In this document: one piece after another, positions 1 to 9,661 of the stretch
Layout of the letters: every line of letters begins with the position of its first letter
Position numbering within the stretch: position 1 is the stretch's first letter
Source: Candidatus Babeliales bacterium
Lineage (GTDB): Bacteria; Babelota; Babeliae; Babelales; JANWKD01
NCBI GenBank assembly: GCA_963722075.1
Contig: CAVRJM010000001.1
Coordinates: 1,280,001-1,344,000, forward strand
DNA length: 64,000 bases
Reading direction: 5' to 3'
The notes under the pieces: model-generated
Database searches by the model: none
The model's input: the letters and a program-made list of their open reading frames with translations, nothing else
Told to the model about the DNA's origin: nothing
Program-made: the position numbers and the translations under genes

Positions 1-324
1 AACGCTGCGGCGATTAAGGCATCAGCAGGATTGGCCGAGCACTTAGAAATATACATGGCATCTTCCAGTCAAGCAGCAATAATTGACCTTAAAAAAGCGG
101 GATATCATTTATATATGGCAGTAGTTCAAGGAGGCGCCGACGCAACGCATGTAGAATATAAAGAGCCATTGTGCTTGATTATTGGCAGTGAAGCAACAGG
201 GATAAGCCCTGAATTACGCAAATCTGGCCAGCTTATTACGTTGCCGCAACGCAGCGCCGATATTTCTTATAATGCTTCAGTGGCAGCTGGTATTTTATTA
301 TTTTTAATTACTCAACAGAAGTGA
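1..324 (+). CDS. TrmH/SpoU-family RNA methyltransferase, 5'-truncated by the window edge
   Basis: Frame open from base 1 (NAAAIKASAGLAEHL). SPOUT motifs LIIGSEATGIS and SYNASVAAGILLF. Confidence 0.9.
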   Translation, partial: NAAAIKASAGLAEHLEIYMASSSQAAIIDLKKAGYHLYMAVVQGGADATHVEYKEPLCLIIGSEATGISPELRKSGQLITLPQRSADISYNASVAAGILLFLITQQK

Positions 325-382
325 TTGTTTATTTTGTAGTGATTATTATTCGAGGTCTAAAAATATGTGCATCTGGAAAAAC

Positions 383-572
383 CGTCGTTGCGAGCTCGTC
401 GAAGCAATCCAGAAAAAATTAATTTATTTGTATTTATGCAAGCGGAAATAAACTCAAAAAATTCAATATAAAGCATTAAATGCACTTTACAACAATAAAA
501 ATAATTAATCAATTTATGCCATAATGATTATTAAAAATTGAATCTGGATTGCTTCGTAAACTCGCAACGACG
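383..572. repeat. Inverted pair of REP-like palindromes (TGC/GCA stem type)
   Basis: cgtcgttgcgagctcgtcgaagcaatccag (383-412) and the reverse-oriented copy ctggattgcttcgtaaactcgcaacgacg (544-572), separated by an AT-rich spacer. Confidence 0.9.
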
Positions 573-653
573 TTATACTTGCAAAATTTATATTGATGTC
601 TGAACTCACTTTGCTGATTATTGAAAATGAAATGTTAATTAGTAGGTAAACTA

Positions 654-1070
654 CTAATCATGATCGCAACATTTTCCTGATTTTTCTTGGGCAGCTTTAT
701 GTACTGCTTCTTTAACTTTTTCAGGTGTTGGTTGATATAAATCGATAATATTGTTACCTGGATCTTTAAAGCTTACAATGATGCCATGAATTGCTTCAAC
801 TGGCTCGTTTATAAAAGATACCTCATCTTTTTTTTCTTCATAAAAAGCCCTGAGATCGGCAATTTCTAATACAATTCCTGTTCTACGTTCTGGTAGTTCT
901 TGATTGGCGTATGCCAAACCAAGCTTTACACCTTCAATATCGAATTCTGCCCATTTATTGGAAATGTGGAATTTTAAATGCAATCCCAAATCTTTATAAA
1001 ATCCGACTGCGTGTGCAAGGTCGTGTTGCATAAGAATTATCATATTTAATTTTATAGTTTGATTGGGCAT
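654..1070 (-). CDS. VOC/glyoxalase-bleomycin resistance family protein
   Basis: AVGFYKDLGL ... WAEF ... FKDPGNNIIDLYQ pattern of the VOC fold. Confidence 0.8.
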   Translation of the reverse strand: MPNQTIKLNMIILMQHDLAHAVGFYKDLGLHLKFHISNKWAEFDIEGVKLGLAYANQELPERRTGIVLEIADLRAFYEEKKDEVSFINEPVEAIHGIIVSFKDPGNNIIDLYQPTPEKVKEAVHKAAQEKSGKCCDHD

Positions 1071-1085
1071 TTTATCCTTAAAATT

Positions 1086-1664
1086 TTATTGTATTCTATT
1101 TACCACTTGACCAGTTTGATTATAAATGAGCTCTTCATTTGTTGAATCCCATACATAGTGACCGGGAAAACCGGTAAGATTATAGGTATATTCATTTCTT
1201 GAGATATCTGAGTTAATTACTACTAGGCAGCGCACGCTGTCGCAACATGAAGATATGCATGCATTTTTGGAATGGAAGGTAAATCCTTTGCCGTTTTGGC
1301 TCGTTTGTTGGAGGCCGTAGCCGGGAAACTTCATTTTTGGATATCCATTTCGGACTATATCCGAGAATATATTTGGTTTTTGCTTGGATTGTTTTGGATT
1401 TAACTTAGGTTTGGTAAAGAAATATAAATAACCAATTATGCCAAGTCCAGTGGTAAAACCAAACAAAGTGGTAAGATTACTTTTTGAGCTATAATCCTCA
1501 TAATATATTTGTCTTATAAGGTTACAGGTGCTTGCTATGGTTGTAAGAGCTCCTAGTGTATAAAATGCATCTTTTCCATCCTTGGTAAGATTCATTGCAG
1601 AAAGGTTGAGATTGGAAGAAATGGCTATGCAAAGTAAAAAAAATTTTATTATTTTCATAAACAT
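1086..1664 (-). CDS. Hypothetical exported/membrane protein (signal peptide, Met at +1, two hydrophobic segments)
   Basis: 192-aa ORF; MKIIKFFLLCIAISSNLNLSA|MNL. Confidence 0.65.
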   Translation of the reverse strand: MFMKIIKFFLLCIAISSNLNLSAMNLTKDGKDAFYTLGALTTIASTCNLIRQIYYEDYSSKSNLTTLFGFTTGLGIIGYLYFFTKPKLNPKQSKQKPNIFSDIVRNGYPKMKFPGYGLQQTSQNGKGFTFHSKNACISSCCDSVRCLVVINSDISRNEYTYNLTGFPGHYVWDSTNEELIYNQTGQVVNRIQ

Positions 1665-1767
1665 GTTTCTTATTAGAGTTGTTAAATATTATACAGTTCA
1701 GTTGCATTATTGTTATATTTTATCATAGATTGTAATTAATGTAATAAAAAATAAACTTATTGTATAA

Positions 1768-1801
1768 CTGGGTTCCTACGGCCTAAAGGCCTCAGAATGA
1801 C
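1768..1801 (-). repeat. Single REP-like palindrome (TCT stem type)
   Basis: Reverse complement gtcattctgaggcctttaggccgtaggaacccag, near-identical to copies at 6663 and 45252. Confidence 0.85.
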
Positions 1802-1812
1802 ATTTTTTAATA

Positions 1813-2463
1813 ATGAATATAAAAATTTATCCCTCACTCATTTCTTCCAATTTACTTGACTTAGAAAAAACTATTACGGAACTTAGCCCGTACTGCGATG
1901 GTTTTCATCTAGATGTTATGGACAATCATTTTGTTCCTAATTTAACCATGGGGCCAGATTTTGTTAATCAGATAGCTGAACACACCGATAAGCAGTTGGC
2001 AGTACATTTGATGGTGGAGCAACCGCTTACTATTATCGAGCGCTTAAAAATGAATAGGAATGCCATTATAGCTGTTCATGTTGAAACTGATTTTTCAAAA
2101 ACGGTAATAGAAAAAATAAAAGCGCGCGGCTGGTTAGTAAGCATAGCTATTAATCCAAGTACGCCCTTAGAGCGTATATACCAATGGGCAGCTCAGGTTG
2201 ATCAAATCCTTTTAATGTCAGTACAGCCAGGGTTTTCAGGTCAGCAATTTATCCCTGAATCGGTAGGACGGCTTCAAAAACTAGTAAATTATAAAAAGGA
2301 GCATTCATTGCGCTTTGAAATTGCAATGGATGGGGGTATTAATAGCCATAATATTGCACAATTAGTTTCTATAGGTTGTACTTCTTTTTGTGTGGCATCT
2401 GCAATTTTTAATGCAGCCAATCCTGCGCTAGCACTTAAAAAATTATCTGAAGCCGTTTTTTAA
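1813..2463 (+). CDS. rpe: Ribulose-phosphate 3-epimerase
   Basis: HLDVMDNHFVPNLTMG, HLMV, LLMSVQPGFSGQQF and DGGI motifs. Confidence 0.96.
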   Translation: MNIKIYPSLISSNLLDLEKTITELSPYCDGFHLDVMDNHFVPNLTMGPDFVNQIAEHTDKQLAVHLMVEQPLTIIERLKMNRNAIIAVHVETDFSKTVIEKIKARGWLVSIAINPSTPLERIYQWAAQVDQILLMSVQPGFSGQQFIPESVGRLQKLVNYKKEHSLRFEIAMDGGINSHNIAQLVSIGCTSFCVASAIFNAANPALALKKLSEAVF

Positions 2464-3846
2464 CTCATCATGCTTTTTCGCGCCATGATGTAATAAAATT
2501 TCGGTAACTTTTGGTGAGGTGGCATATTCTAGAGGAGTAAAGCCATCTAAATCCTCTGTATTTACGTATAAATACACTGCTCGTGAATCTTTGCCAAACA
2601 CCGATTCGATTGTTTTGATTAACCGTTCTATAATATTAAAAAATTCATCTTGATCTGAACTAAAATTGACTGCTGCTAATAAAGGGGTAAAGCCTTTTCC
2701 ATAAATACTAATATTCATGAGCATATATAAATAGAATTTATTAGGCGCGTAATCCATTATCTTTTTAATAAGTAGTTTAGAAATATCAAAATTTCGTCGT
2801 AAAATTGTTATACATAATGCGCCACGGCCATCTTGGGCAACATTTCTGAGTATGGTGTATATGGATTCTTCATCATTTTGAAAGAATCGTTCCATAACGT
2901 GTAAGAGAAATGCGGTATACTCATAGCTTAGTGCTGAAGCATGCATGAGTGGATCCCATCCATTGTGGCTGCGAACCGTTAACATCTCTAAAAATAGATG
3001 GGGATTATCTTTATATTGTTCTTGAGTGGTAGCAATTATTTTTTGAACAGCACTAAAGCGATCCTCGCGGATCGATTCAATCAATTCTAATCCTATCTGC
3101 CGCGCTTGTTCTACGTCTGGCGGTGTTTGATGAATAATGATGCCGCCATGCTCAACCAGTTCTTTTTTATGGCGGACGTTAAAATATGCTTCTGAAAGGG
3201 GCGTTTCGCCATAGGCATTTTCAGCATTAATAAAACTTTCAAATTCATTTGAATCTTTGCCCAATATTCTTTCAGCAATCGCGATCACCGTTGTTAAATT
3301 AACTAATGCACCTTGATAAGCAAGCCAATGTAATGGTGTCCATTTATCATTGTAAGCATTTGGGGTTAAAAAGCGGAAAAAAAGCTGCTTTTGATCGCCT
3401 ATTAAATCAATAATGTGATACATCATGAGTTCAATAATTTTTCGAGGAGCGTTTTGCACTATAAGATAAAATGCCGTATGCCCTTGTAGATTTTGTGCAT
3501 TTATAAAGTTAAAAACAGCCAACAGATCTTGCGTGCTGGTATTATAATATTGTTTAAGCCTTTCTAGGATAAAAACAATTTGGGTTATATCATTGAGTGC
3601 GGCAGCTCTAACCAGTACGGTACTTCCATAGCCATCGCGAGTGTTTATAAATGTATCAAAAGCAGCTTTATTATTTCTATAGGATTGCATTGCTTGCGTT
3701 AATATTGAGTTAAATTGCGTTTGATCTTTTAAGCGTTGTGCTCTGAGTAAACTGCGTCCCCGTTGTTCTGGTTCCGCAAAAGGGCGTAGTGTGTGTGTGA
3801 GTGCCAGAAATAATAGTACTAAAAATAGCGCATTGTTTTTAACCAT
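2443..3846 (-). CDS. Ankyrin-repeat protein with signal peptide
   Basis: Repeated FIN..D/N..GxTPL-type motifs (INTRDGYGSTVL, INAQNLQGHTAF, KWTPLHWLA, INAENAYGETPL, VNTEDLDGFTPLEYA); hydrophobic N-terminus. Confidence 0.85.
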   Translation of the reverse strand: MVKNNALFLVLLFLALTHTLRPFAEPEQRGRSLLRAQRLKDQTQFNSILTQAMQSYRNNKAAFDTFINTRDGYGSTVLVRAAALNDITQIVFILERLKQYYNTSTQDLLAVFNFINAQNLQGHTAFYLIVQNAPRKIIELMMYHIIDLIGDQKQLFFRFLTPNAYNDKWTPLHWLAYQGALVNLTTVIAIAERILGKDSNEFESFINAENAYGETPLSEAYFNVRHKKELVEHGGIIIHQTPPDVEQARQIGLELIESIREDRFSAVQKIIATTQEQYKDNPHLFLEMLTVRSHNGWDPLMHASALSYEYTAFLLHVMERFFQNDEESIYTILRNVAQDGRGALCITILRRNFDISKLLIKKIMDYAPNKFYLYMLMNISIYGKGFTPLLAAVNFSSDQDEFFNIIERLIKTIESVFGKDSRAVYLYVNTEDLDGFTPLEYATSPKVTEILLHHGAKKHDELKNGFR

Positions 3847-3917
3847 TATAGGACCTATTCAATGATTTTATTATCAAAAGAATGGTAACAATAATGAAAA
3901 ATTGTTTGCAACACTTA

Positions 3918-4508
3918 CTATATATTTTTAATACAAATCATATAAAGCGATCCCAATGGGATCGTATGCATATATGGTTCTAAGATTAGATGATTGGGAT
4001 ATAGATAATTGATGGTAACGTTATGCAACGGTGCTGCTTTTTTGAAAAATGATGGCCATAAGGGGTCGCATGTATATGCAGATTTGTTGAATAATTTTCT
4101 AATAGTATATATAAATGGGTTGAGTTCAAAAATAACTAACGTTCCTGACGGCTTGAGCGCCGCTAATAAAAAGGGAATAAGGGCCTTTCGCTCTTGAGGG
4201 TTGATATGATGCAGTACATTTACCATATAAATAAGGTCTGCATGAACTTTTGTATCACGAAGCTGTTCAGGGCTCAAAAAGGTAATATGAGGGTACTGTA
4301 TCCTATTATAAGAAAGGGCAGCGACATCAGTATCTATACCTAATAATTGGGCGTTGAAGAAGGCATTGCCCACCAATGCGGTTAATTGGGCGTCGCCACA
4401 GCCAAAATCAATAATGGTTAGTGGATCAGCGATATGATGAAATAGCGAACGCATTATACGGTCGCAAATATAGGCGTGTAAGGCTAAAGATTCCGATGAG
4501 TGGGTCAT
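3918..4508 (-). CDS. Class I SAM-dependent methyltransferase
   Basis: IIDFGCGDA motif I, VLHHI, ALKPSGTLVIFE. Confidence 0.85.
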   Translation of the reverse strand: MTHSSESLALHAYICDRIMRSLFHHIADPLTIIDFGCGDAQLTALVGNAFFNAQLLGIDTDVAALSYNRIQYPHITFLSPEQLRDTKVHADLIYMVNVLHHINPQERKALIPFLLAALKPSGTLVIFELNPFIYTIRKLFNKSAYTCDPLWPSFFKKAAPLHNVTINYLYPNHLILEPYMHTIPLGSLYMICIKNI

Positions 4509-4754
4509 TTTCTACTGTTTCATTAAAAAGCTTGATTCCTATTTATGAGCTTATCATAGTTAATAAACGAATAGAATTTTGGTGGTTTTAACGAAAGATT
4601 CCTCCCATAAGGCTGGGCCTTTAGACAAGGGGTAAAATATATATTATAATTATCCATATACTATGAAATTGTTTTAACGAAAGGCTGGGCTCTCTAGAAT
4701 ATATAAGTTTGTTGTTTATGACGTTTTTTAATTTTTTATGAGTACAAAGATAGA

Positions 4755-5108
4755 ATGAATATTTATGTTGGTAACCTCGCTCGTACGGTTACAGAAGATC
4801 AGTTGAGAGATTTATTTGCCCAAAAAGGGACAGTCACTTCAGTAAAAATTATAGTTGATAAATTTACTGGTGAAAAACGTGGATTTGGCTTTGTTGATAT
4901 GCCAAATCAATCAGAAGCTCAGCAAGCAATAGCGGAACTTGATGGTTATGAATTAGAGCGTCAAAGCCTAAAGGTTAACGAAGCTCGTGAACGCGAAGCT
5001 CGTGGCCCTCGTTCTGGCTCAGATCGTTTTGGCGGTGGTAGAGGCGGCGGAAGCAGCAGCGGTGGAAATAACCGTTCTTGGGGCTCCCCACGACCAAAAA
5101 GATTTTAA
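4755..5108 (+). CDS. RRM (RNP-1) RNA-binding protein with Gly-rich tail
   Basis: RNP2 NIYVGNL, RNP1 RGFGFVDM, LKVNEAR, Gly/Arg-rich C-terminus. Confidence 0.95.
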   Translation: MNIYVGNLARTVTEDQLRDLFAQKGTVTSVKIIVDKFTGEKRGFGFVDMPNQSEAQQAIAELDGYELERQSLKVNEAREREARGPRSGSDRFGGGRGGGSSSGGNNRSWGSPRPKRF

Positions 5109-5127
5109 TTAATTAGAATCTTACTAG

Positions 5128-5158
5128 AAGGGGCGAACATTTGTTCGCCCCTTTTTTT
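5128..5158 (+). terminator. Rho-independent terminator of the RRM gene
   Basis: aaggggcgaaca/tgttcgcccctt stem followed by a T-run, 20 bp after the stop codon. Confidence 0.9.
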
Positions 5159-5204
5159 ATGCAAATGCATTTAAAATATCGATTCAAAAGACTTAAATAG
5201 GATG

Positions 5205-5278
5205 CTGGATTGCTTCGTAAACTCGCAACGACGTCTTTTTTCGAACGTCGTCGTCCCGAGCGTAGCGTGGGGATCCAG
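5205..5278. repeat. Back-to-back REP-like dimer (TGC type minus, CCC type plus)
   Basis: ctggattgcttcgtaaactcgcaacgacg (5205-5233) and cgtcgtcccgagcgtagcgtggggatccag (5249-5278). Confidence 0.9.
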
Positions 5279-5351
5279 GCTGAAGTTAATATCTTTAAAA
5301 TATTTGGCATAAATACTTATTGTTTAGAGTCTCGGCTCTCCATTTATGCCT

Positions 5352-6593
5352 TTAACGAGTATAAAAGAGAGGAAATTGTTTACAGAGCTTTTCAACTTCT
5401 TGTTGTATTTTTGTTAGTCGAGTATCATCCTGAGCATTTTGTAATGCATTATCAATAAACTCAACAATGGTGCCCATTAATTCCGCTTTCATGCCTCGGG
5501 TAGTAATAGCAGGTGTTCCCAGGCGAATACCGCTGGTAATCCATGGCTTAGCTGGATCAAAGGGGATACAGCTTCTACTTACGGTTATTCCAGCTTTTTC
5601 AAGTGCTATTTCTGCTTCTCTTCCCGTAATATTTTTATTACGGAGATCAATAACAAAAAGATGGTTGTCGGTGCCACCAGCTACAATCCTATATCCTTTT
5701 TCTTGCAGTATGCAGGCCATACGGCGCGCATTGGCTATCACCTGTTGCTGGTATGCTTTGAATTCAGTTTGTAATGCCAAATGAAAGGCAACTGCTTTAG
5801 CGGCAATCACATTCATAAAAGGCCCACCTTGAATGCCCGGCATAATTGATCGATCAATAAGTTCAGCGTATTCTTTTTTACACATAATTAAGCCGCCTCG
5901 TGGGCCGCGTAATGTTTTATGGGTGGTGCTGGTAATGAAATCGGCATAATTGACTGGAGAGGGATGCAATCCTGCGGCAATAAGGCCGGCAATATGCGCA
6001 ATATCGGCCATAAAGAGAGCCCCTACTTCCTGAGCAATTGCTGCAAAACGTTTAAAATCAATTGTTTTAGAATAAGCTGATGCCCCTGCAATAATGAGTT
6101 TCGGTTTATGTGTATAAGCCAATTGCGCAATGTGATCATAATCAAGCTCTTCTGTTTGGCGGTTAACGGTATAAGAAACGGCCTTATAAATAGTTCCTGA
6201 AAAATTTACGGCGTGACCATGCGTTAAATGACCTCCCTCTGCTAAGCTCATTCCTAAGATCGTGTCTCCTGGTTGCAGCATCGAGAAATAAACGGCCAAA
6301 TTTGCTGGGGATCCAGCATGCGGTTGCACATTAACATGCTCTGCATTAAATAGTTTTTTACAGCGCTCCTGCGCCATAATTTCAGCTTCATCAACAAATT
6401 GGCAGCCGCTATAATAACGCTTGCCGGGATACCCTTCGGCATATTTATTAGTTAATACCGAACTAAGTGCTTCCAAAACTGCCGGAGAAGTGTAATTTTC
6501 AGATGCTATTAAATTAATAGTAGTTTCTTGGCGTACTTTTTCTTGTTCAATAGTGGTTGCAATATGAGGATCAATGAGCGGTAATTGTTTCAT
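5352..6593 (-). CDS. glyA: Serine hydroxymethyltransferase
   Basis: LIASEN, NKYAEGYPGKRYY, GGHLTHG, TSTTHKTLRGPRGG (PLP lysine). Confidence 0.98.
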   Translation of the reverse strand: MKQLPLIDPHIATTIEQEKVRQETTINLIASENYTSPAVLEALSSVLTNKYAEGYPGKRYYSGCQFVDEAEIMAQERCKKLFNAEHVNVQPHAGSPANLAVYFSMLQPGDTILGMSLAEGGHLTHGHAVNFSGTIYKAVSYTVNRQTEELDYDHIAQLAYTHKPKLIIAGASAYSKTIDFKRFAAIAQEVGALFMADIAHIAGLIAAGLHPSPVNYADFITSTTHKTLRGPRGGLIMCKKEYAELIDRSIMPGIQGGPFMNVIAAKAVAFHLALQTEFKAYQQQVIANARRMACILQEKGYRIVAGGTDNHLFVIDLRNKNITGREAEIALEKAGITVSRSCIPFDPAKPWITSGIRLGTPAITTRGMKAELMGTIVEFIDNALQNAQDDTRLTKIQQEVEKLCKQFPLFYTR

Positions 6594-6661
6594 AAAATTC
6601 CTTATAATTATTTAATTAACACATGAATTCGATCTAAGAGATCTATATTAAATGCTCTAAG

Positions 6662-6754
6662 CGTCATTCTGAGGCCTTTAGGCCGTGAGAATCCAGTAAT
6701 AAAATAAAGACTTTATTATTTATTCATTGGATCCTTACGCAAGCTCAGGATGAC
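6662..6754. repeat. Facing REP-like dimer (TCT type plus, CCT type minus)
   Basis: cgtcattctgaggcctttaggccgtgagaatccag (6662-6696) and tggatccttacgcaagctcaggatgac (6728-6754). Confidence 0.9.
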
Positions 6755-6905
6755 AATTTTGTCTGAGAAATGTAAGGCGATAATAAAATCGAATCACGTT
6801 TACAGTAATTATTAAGAGCGTGCTGATTTTGAAAAATAATTATATTTAAGTTATTCTATCAAGTAAGTAAAAGCTAAAAAATTAAAAAATGTAAGGATAT
6901 ACGCT

Positions 6906-7643
6906 ATGAAACATATGTCATTATTCCTAGCGTTATGTACCTTTACCGGTATGTATGCTGCTCAATCAATTTTTTATGGATCGATACAATTTCCTATCCA
7001 AATTAAAAATCCACCACCATTAACGCTCTTATTTAAAGGGAGCGAATATACTCTCATGGTTGATAAAGATGGTAACGTTTCTAAAAAAGGCACGTATGAA
7101 ATTTATGAAGAAAGTGATTGCCAGCAATTGTATATATTAATAACAGAAAATCTTAAATTGCCGACAACGCCTGATATAGCGTATTTAGAAACAGCTATTG
7201 GCCATTCCTATAAATTATATAAATTAACACGGTGTTATAAAAAAAGAGAAATACCGCTTTCCCAAGAAGAATCTTCTAAGCCAGCAGTTATGGTTGAAGC
7301 GGTACAGTATTGGGAAATTGAAGAGATAAAATCTGATGAATCGTCTATAAAAATACCCGATAATACTATTATCCTTTTAATGAACCCTGTCTTTATAACT
7401 GAAATTACTTCCGAACCATGGCGTTCTGATGATGCTGTTATAAAGCTGCCTACTATTATCTTTGATGATACTATTAATGAAAAAGCGCTGCAGGAAGTAA
7501 GTACTAAAATGTTGTTTGCTACGATTGATTTACGTTGTTTACATAAAAAGATAACTAAAACAACTAAAGCATATGCACAGAATCGTATTCTATCAGTTCC
7601 TGATCCATTGAATTGCTATACGCCTACTAATATACAATTATGA
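6906..7643 (+). CDS. Hypothetical exported protein, translationally coupled to tsaD
   Basis: 245-aa ORF, RBS aagga, signal-peptide-like N-terminus, ATGA overlap with tsaD. Confidence 0.75.
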   Translation: MKHMSLFLALCTFTGMYAAQSIFYGSIQFPIQIKNPPPLTLLFKGSEYTLMVDKDGNVSKKGTYEIYEESDCQQLYILITENLKLPTTPDIAYLETAIGHSYKLYKLTRCYKKREIPLSQEESSKPAVMVEAVQYWEIEEIKSDESSIKIPDNTIILLMNPVFITEITSEPWRSDDAVIKLPTIIFDDTINEKALQEVSTKMLFATIDLRCLHKKITKTTKAYAQNRILSVPDPLNCYTPTNIQL

Positions 7644-8662
7644 AAAAACGGCTGGTTTTAGGAATAGAAACTTCCTGTGATGAAGTAGCAGCCGCTGTCT
7701 ATGACTCGCATAAAGGCGTATTATCAAATGTGCTATTTTCTCAAATAGAGCTTCATCAGCACTATGGCGGTGTTATTCCTGAATTAGCTTCACGCTCAGC
7801 GATAGAAAAAATTAATACCATTGTTGCAGCTGCATTAGATGAAGCGCAAATGACTTTAGATCATATTGATTGTATTGCGGTAACCACCAAACCAGGATTA
7901 CCTGGTTCCTTATTAGTTGGATTAAATTTTGCTAAAGCAGTTGCCTATGTAAAAAATAAACCAATTATTGGTATCAATCATTTGGAAGGGCATGCATTTT
8001 CCGCTTGTATTGAGTACAAGGTTCCGTTTCCACATCTTTGTTTAACTGCATCTGGTGGTCATACGTCATTATATTTGATACATGATTTTGGTGAATATAC
8101 CGTACTCGGTTCAACGCTCGATGATGCTGCCGGAGAAGCATTTGATAAGATTTCTAAGATGATGCAACTGCCCTATCCGGGTGGGCCGGTTATTGAGCGG
8201 TTAGCAGCTCAAGTAGGTTTTAAAGATTTTTTTCAGTATCCACGTGGTACTAAGCATATGCTTGATTTTAGCTTCTCAGGGCTTAAAACGGCAATTATGT
8301 ATGATTTAGTGAATCGGGGGTTTTATGATTTGAAAGAAAAAAAGTTTATACAAACGCCTTCGCTTGAAATACAGCAACAAATTGCTAGTTCATTATTAGT
8401 ATGCGTTAGGGATGTTTTTGAACAAAAAATTAGTTTAGCGTTAAAGGGGCATCCGGGAGTACAGGCAGTTACCTTTGTAGGAGGGGTAGCTTCTAATACG
8501 TATTTAAAAAAATCGCTGGAAGCATTTTGTAAAAAAAGATCGTTAGCATTTTACTCACCTTCACGTCAGTATTGTACAGATAATGCGGCGATGATTGCTT
8601 TTGTTGGTAATTACAAAGCAGAGCAGGGCCTATATTCAGATTTATACTTGGATATATTTTAA
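7640..8662 (+). CDS. tsaD: tRNA N6-adenosine threonylcarbamoyltransferase
   Basis: LGIETSCDE, GGVIPELASR, NHLEGH, SGGHT, DDAAGEAFDK, FSFSGLKTA, CTDNAAMIA. Confidence 0.97.
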   Translation: MKKRLVLGIETSCDEVAAAVYDSHKGVLSNVLFSQIELHQHYGGVIPELASRSAIEKINTIVAAALDEAQMTLDHIDCIAVTTKPGLPGSLLVGLNFAKAVAYVKNKPIIGINHLEGHAFSACIEYKVPFPHLCLTASGGHTSLYLIHDFGEYTVLGSTLDDAAGEAFDKISKMMQLPYPGGPVIERLAAQVGFKDFFQYPRGTKHMLDFSFSGLKTAIMYDLVNRGFYDLKEKKFIQTPSLEIQQQIASSLLVCVRDVFEQKISLALKGHPGVQAVTFVGGVASNTYLKKSLEAFCKKRSLAFYSPSRQYCTDNAAMIAFVGNYKAEQGLYSDLYLDIF

Positions 8663-8677
8663 AAAGAAAAAGATGTT

Positions 8678-9100
8678 GTCATCCTGAGCGTTAGCGTAAG
8701 GATCCAGTTATAACTTTTTTCGTTAAATTTTTAATCGATAATCTTCATGTACGCCTGATCGAAAAGCCGTCGTTGCGAGTTTACGAAGCAATCCAGGTTG
8801 AAATATTAAATTACGCTATAATGTTAAAATTAAGTTAATGAATTACTCAAATAAAGAAATTATTAAGATCTCATTACCTTAAAAACTATTGCAAAAATCG
8901 TGTACGAAGCTTTTGCTTTGCGTAAATAATTTATAGTTCTCCTACCAACAATTCTTAAAATTATTTTTTTACCGTATACTTTAAATGAATTAAAATAGCA
9001 AAAAGAGGCATTAATTCTATTGTCTGGATCCCCACGCTGGCGCTCGGGACGACGATAGTTGAGAACGAGAATGTCGTTGCGAGCCTGCGAAGCAATCCAG
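8678..9100. repeat. Cluster of four REP-like palindromes
   Basis: 8678-8707 (+, CCT), 8768-8796 (+, TGC), 9024-9054 (-, CCC), 9073-9100 (+, TGC). Confidence 0.9.
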
Positions 9101-9148
9101 AAAAAGTTGTTGTGTTTTAAACCCTGACTCAACCGTAAATAAACAACT

Positions 9149-9649
9149 ATGGTTGATTTATGTGATTTTCCAAAAAAAATGAATATGATACCAGTACTAT
9201 CAATTACTGAAATTAAACAATTTTTTGGTAATGATGTTTTTAATAAAGCAAATCATTACGTTGATTATGATATCTTTAAGACATTTCGTACAAACGATAC
9301 GTTATTTAGTTCCTGTCGTGGCTCTTCAGGAATTTACAAACAACAATGCAGATTTTTAGAAGGAGTGATTTCTGAATTAAAGTGTACGTGTCCTGCGATG
9401 CGTCATTTTGGCCCTTGTAAACATATAGCAGCAATGCTTTTAAAATGGGTAGAAAACAAGGGATATTTTGCACCGCGAGCGGATATAAAGATTATTTTAA
9501 AAAGTAAAACAAAAGAAGATTTAATAAAAATTATTACCACTTTATGTGATAAAAACGAGAAATATGCTGAATCTCTTCATAAACTATTAGAAAAAAAGCA
9601 AATAAAAAAGAAAAAGTTTAAGAATATGATGAGTTCTGAAGATGAATAA
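9149..9649 (+). CDS. SWIM zinc-finger domain protein
   Basis: CTCP-x-PCKHIAAMLL SWIM signature preceded by GSSGIY; start may be an internal Met. Confidence 0.8.
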   Translation: MVDLCDFPKKMNMIPVLSITEIKQFFGNDVFNKANHYVDYDIFKTFRTNDTLFSSCRGSSGIYKQQCRFLEGVISELKCTCPAMRHFGPCKHIAAMLLKWVENKGYFAPRADIKIILKSKTKEDLIKIITTLCDKNEKYAESLHKLLEKKQIKKKKFKNMMSSEDE

Positions 9650-9661
9650 AGAAGGTAATTA

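Noticed and set aside
5467..5784. Antisense or alternate-frame ORFs inside well-supported genes (e.g. 5467-5784, 11422-11733, 21025-21303, 40601-40876, 45645-45941, 59683-59937)
   Set aside because: Shadow ORFs fully overlapping stronger genes, with no independent evidence.
6662..6696. Hammerhead ribozyme resemblance of the repeats (CTGAG...CGAA...GTC)
   Set aside because: The CUGANGA and GAAA core and the three-stem arrangement are not present.
8863..9132. Short ORFs overlapping repeat clusters (8863-9132, 5113-5310, 5210-5458, 50836-51045)
   Set aside because: They translate the palindromes (WIASQARND, LRKLATT, WIPTLRSG) and lack RBS or family motifs; likely spurious.
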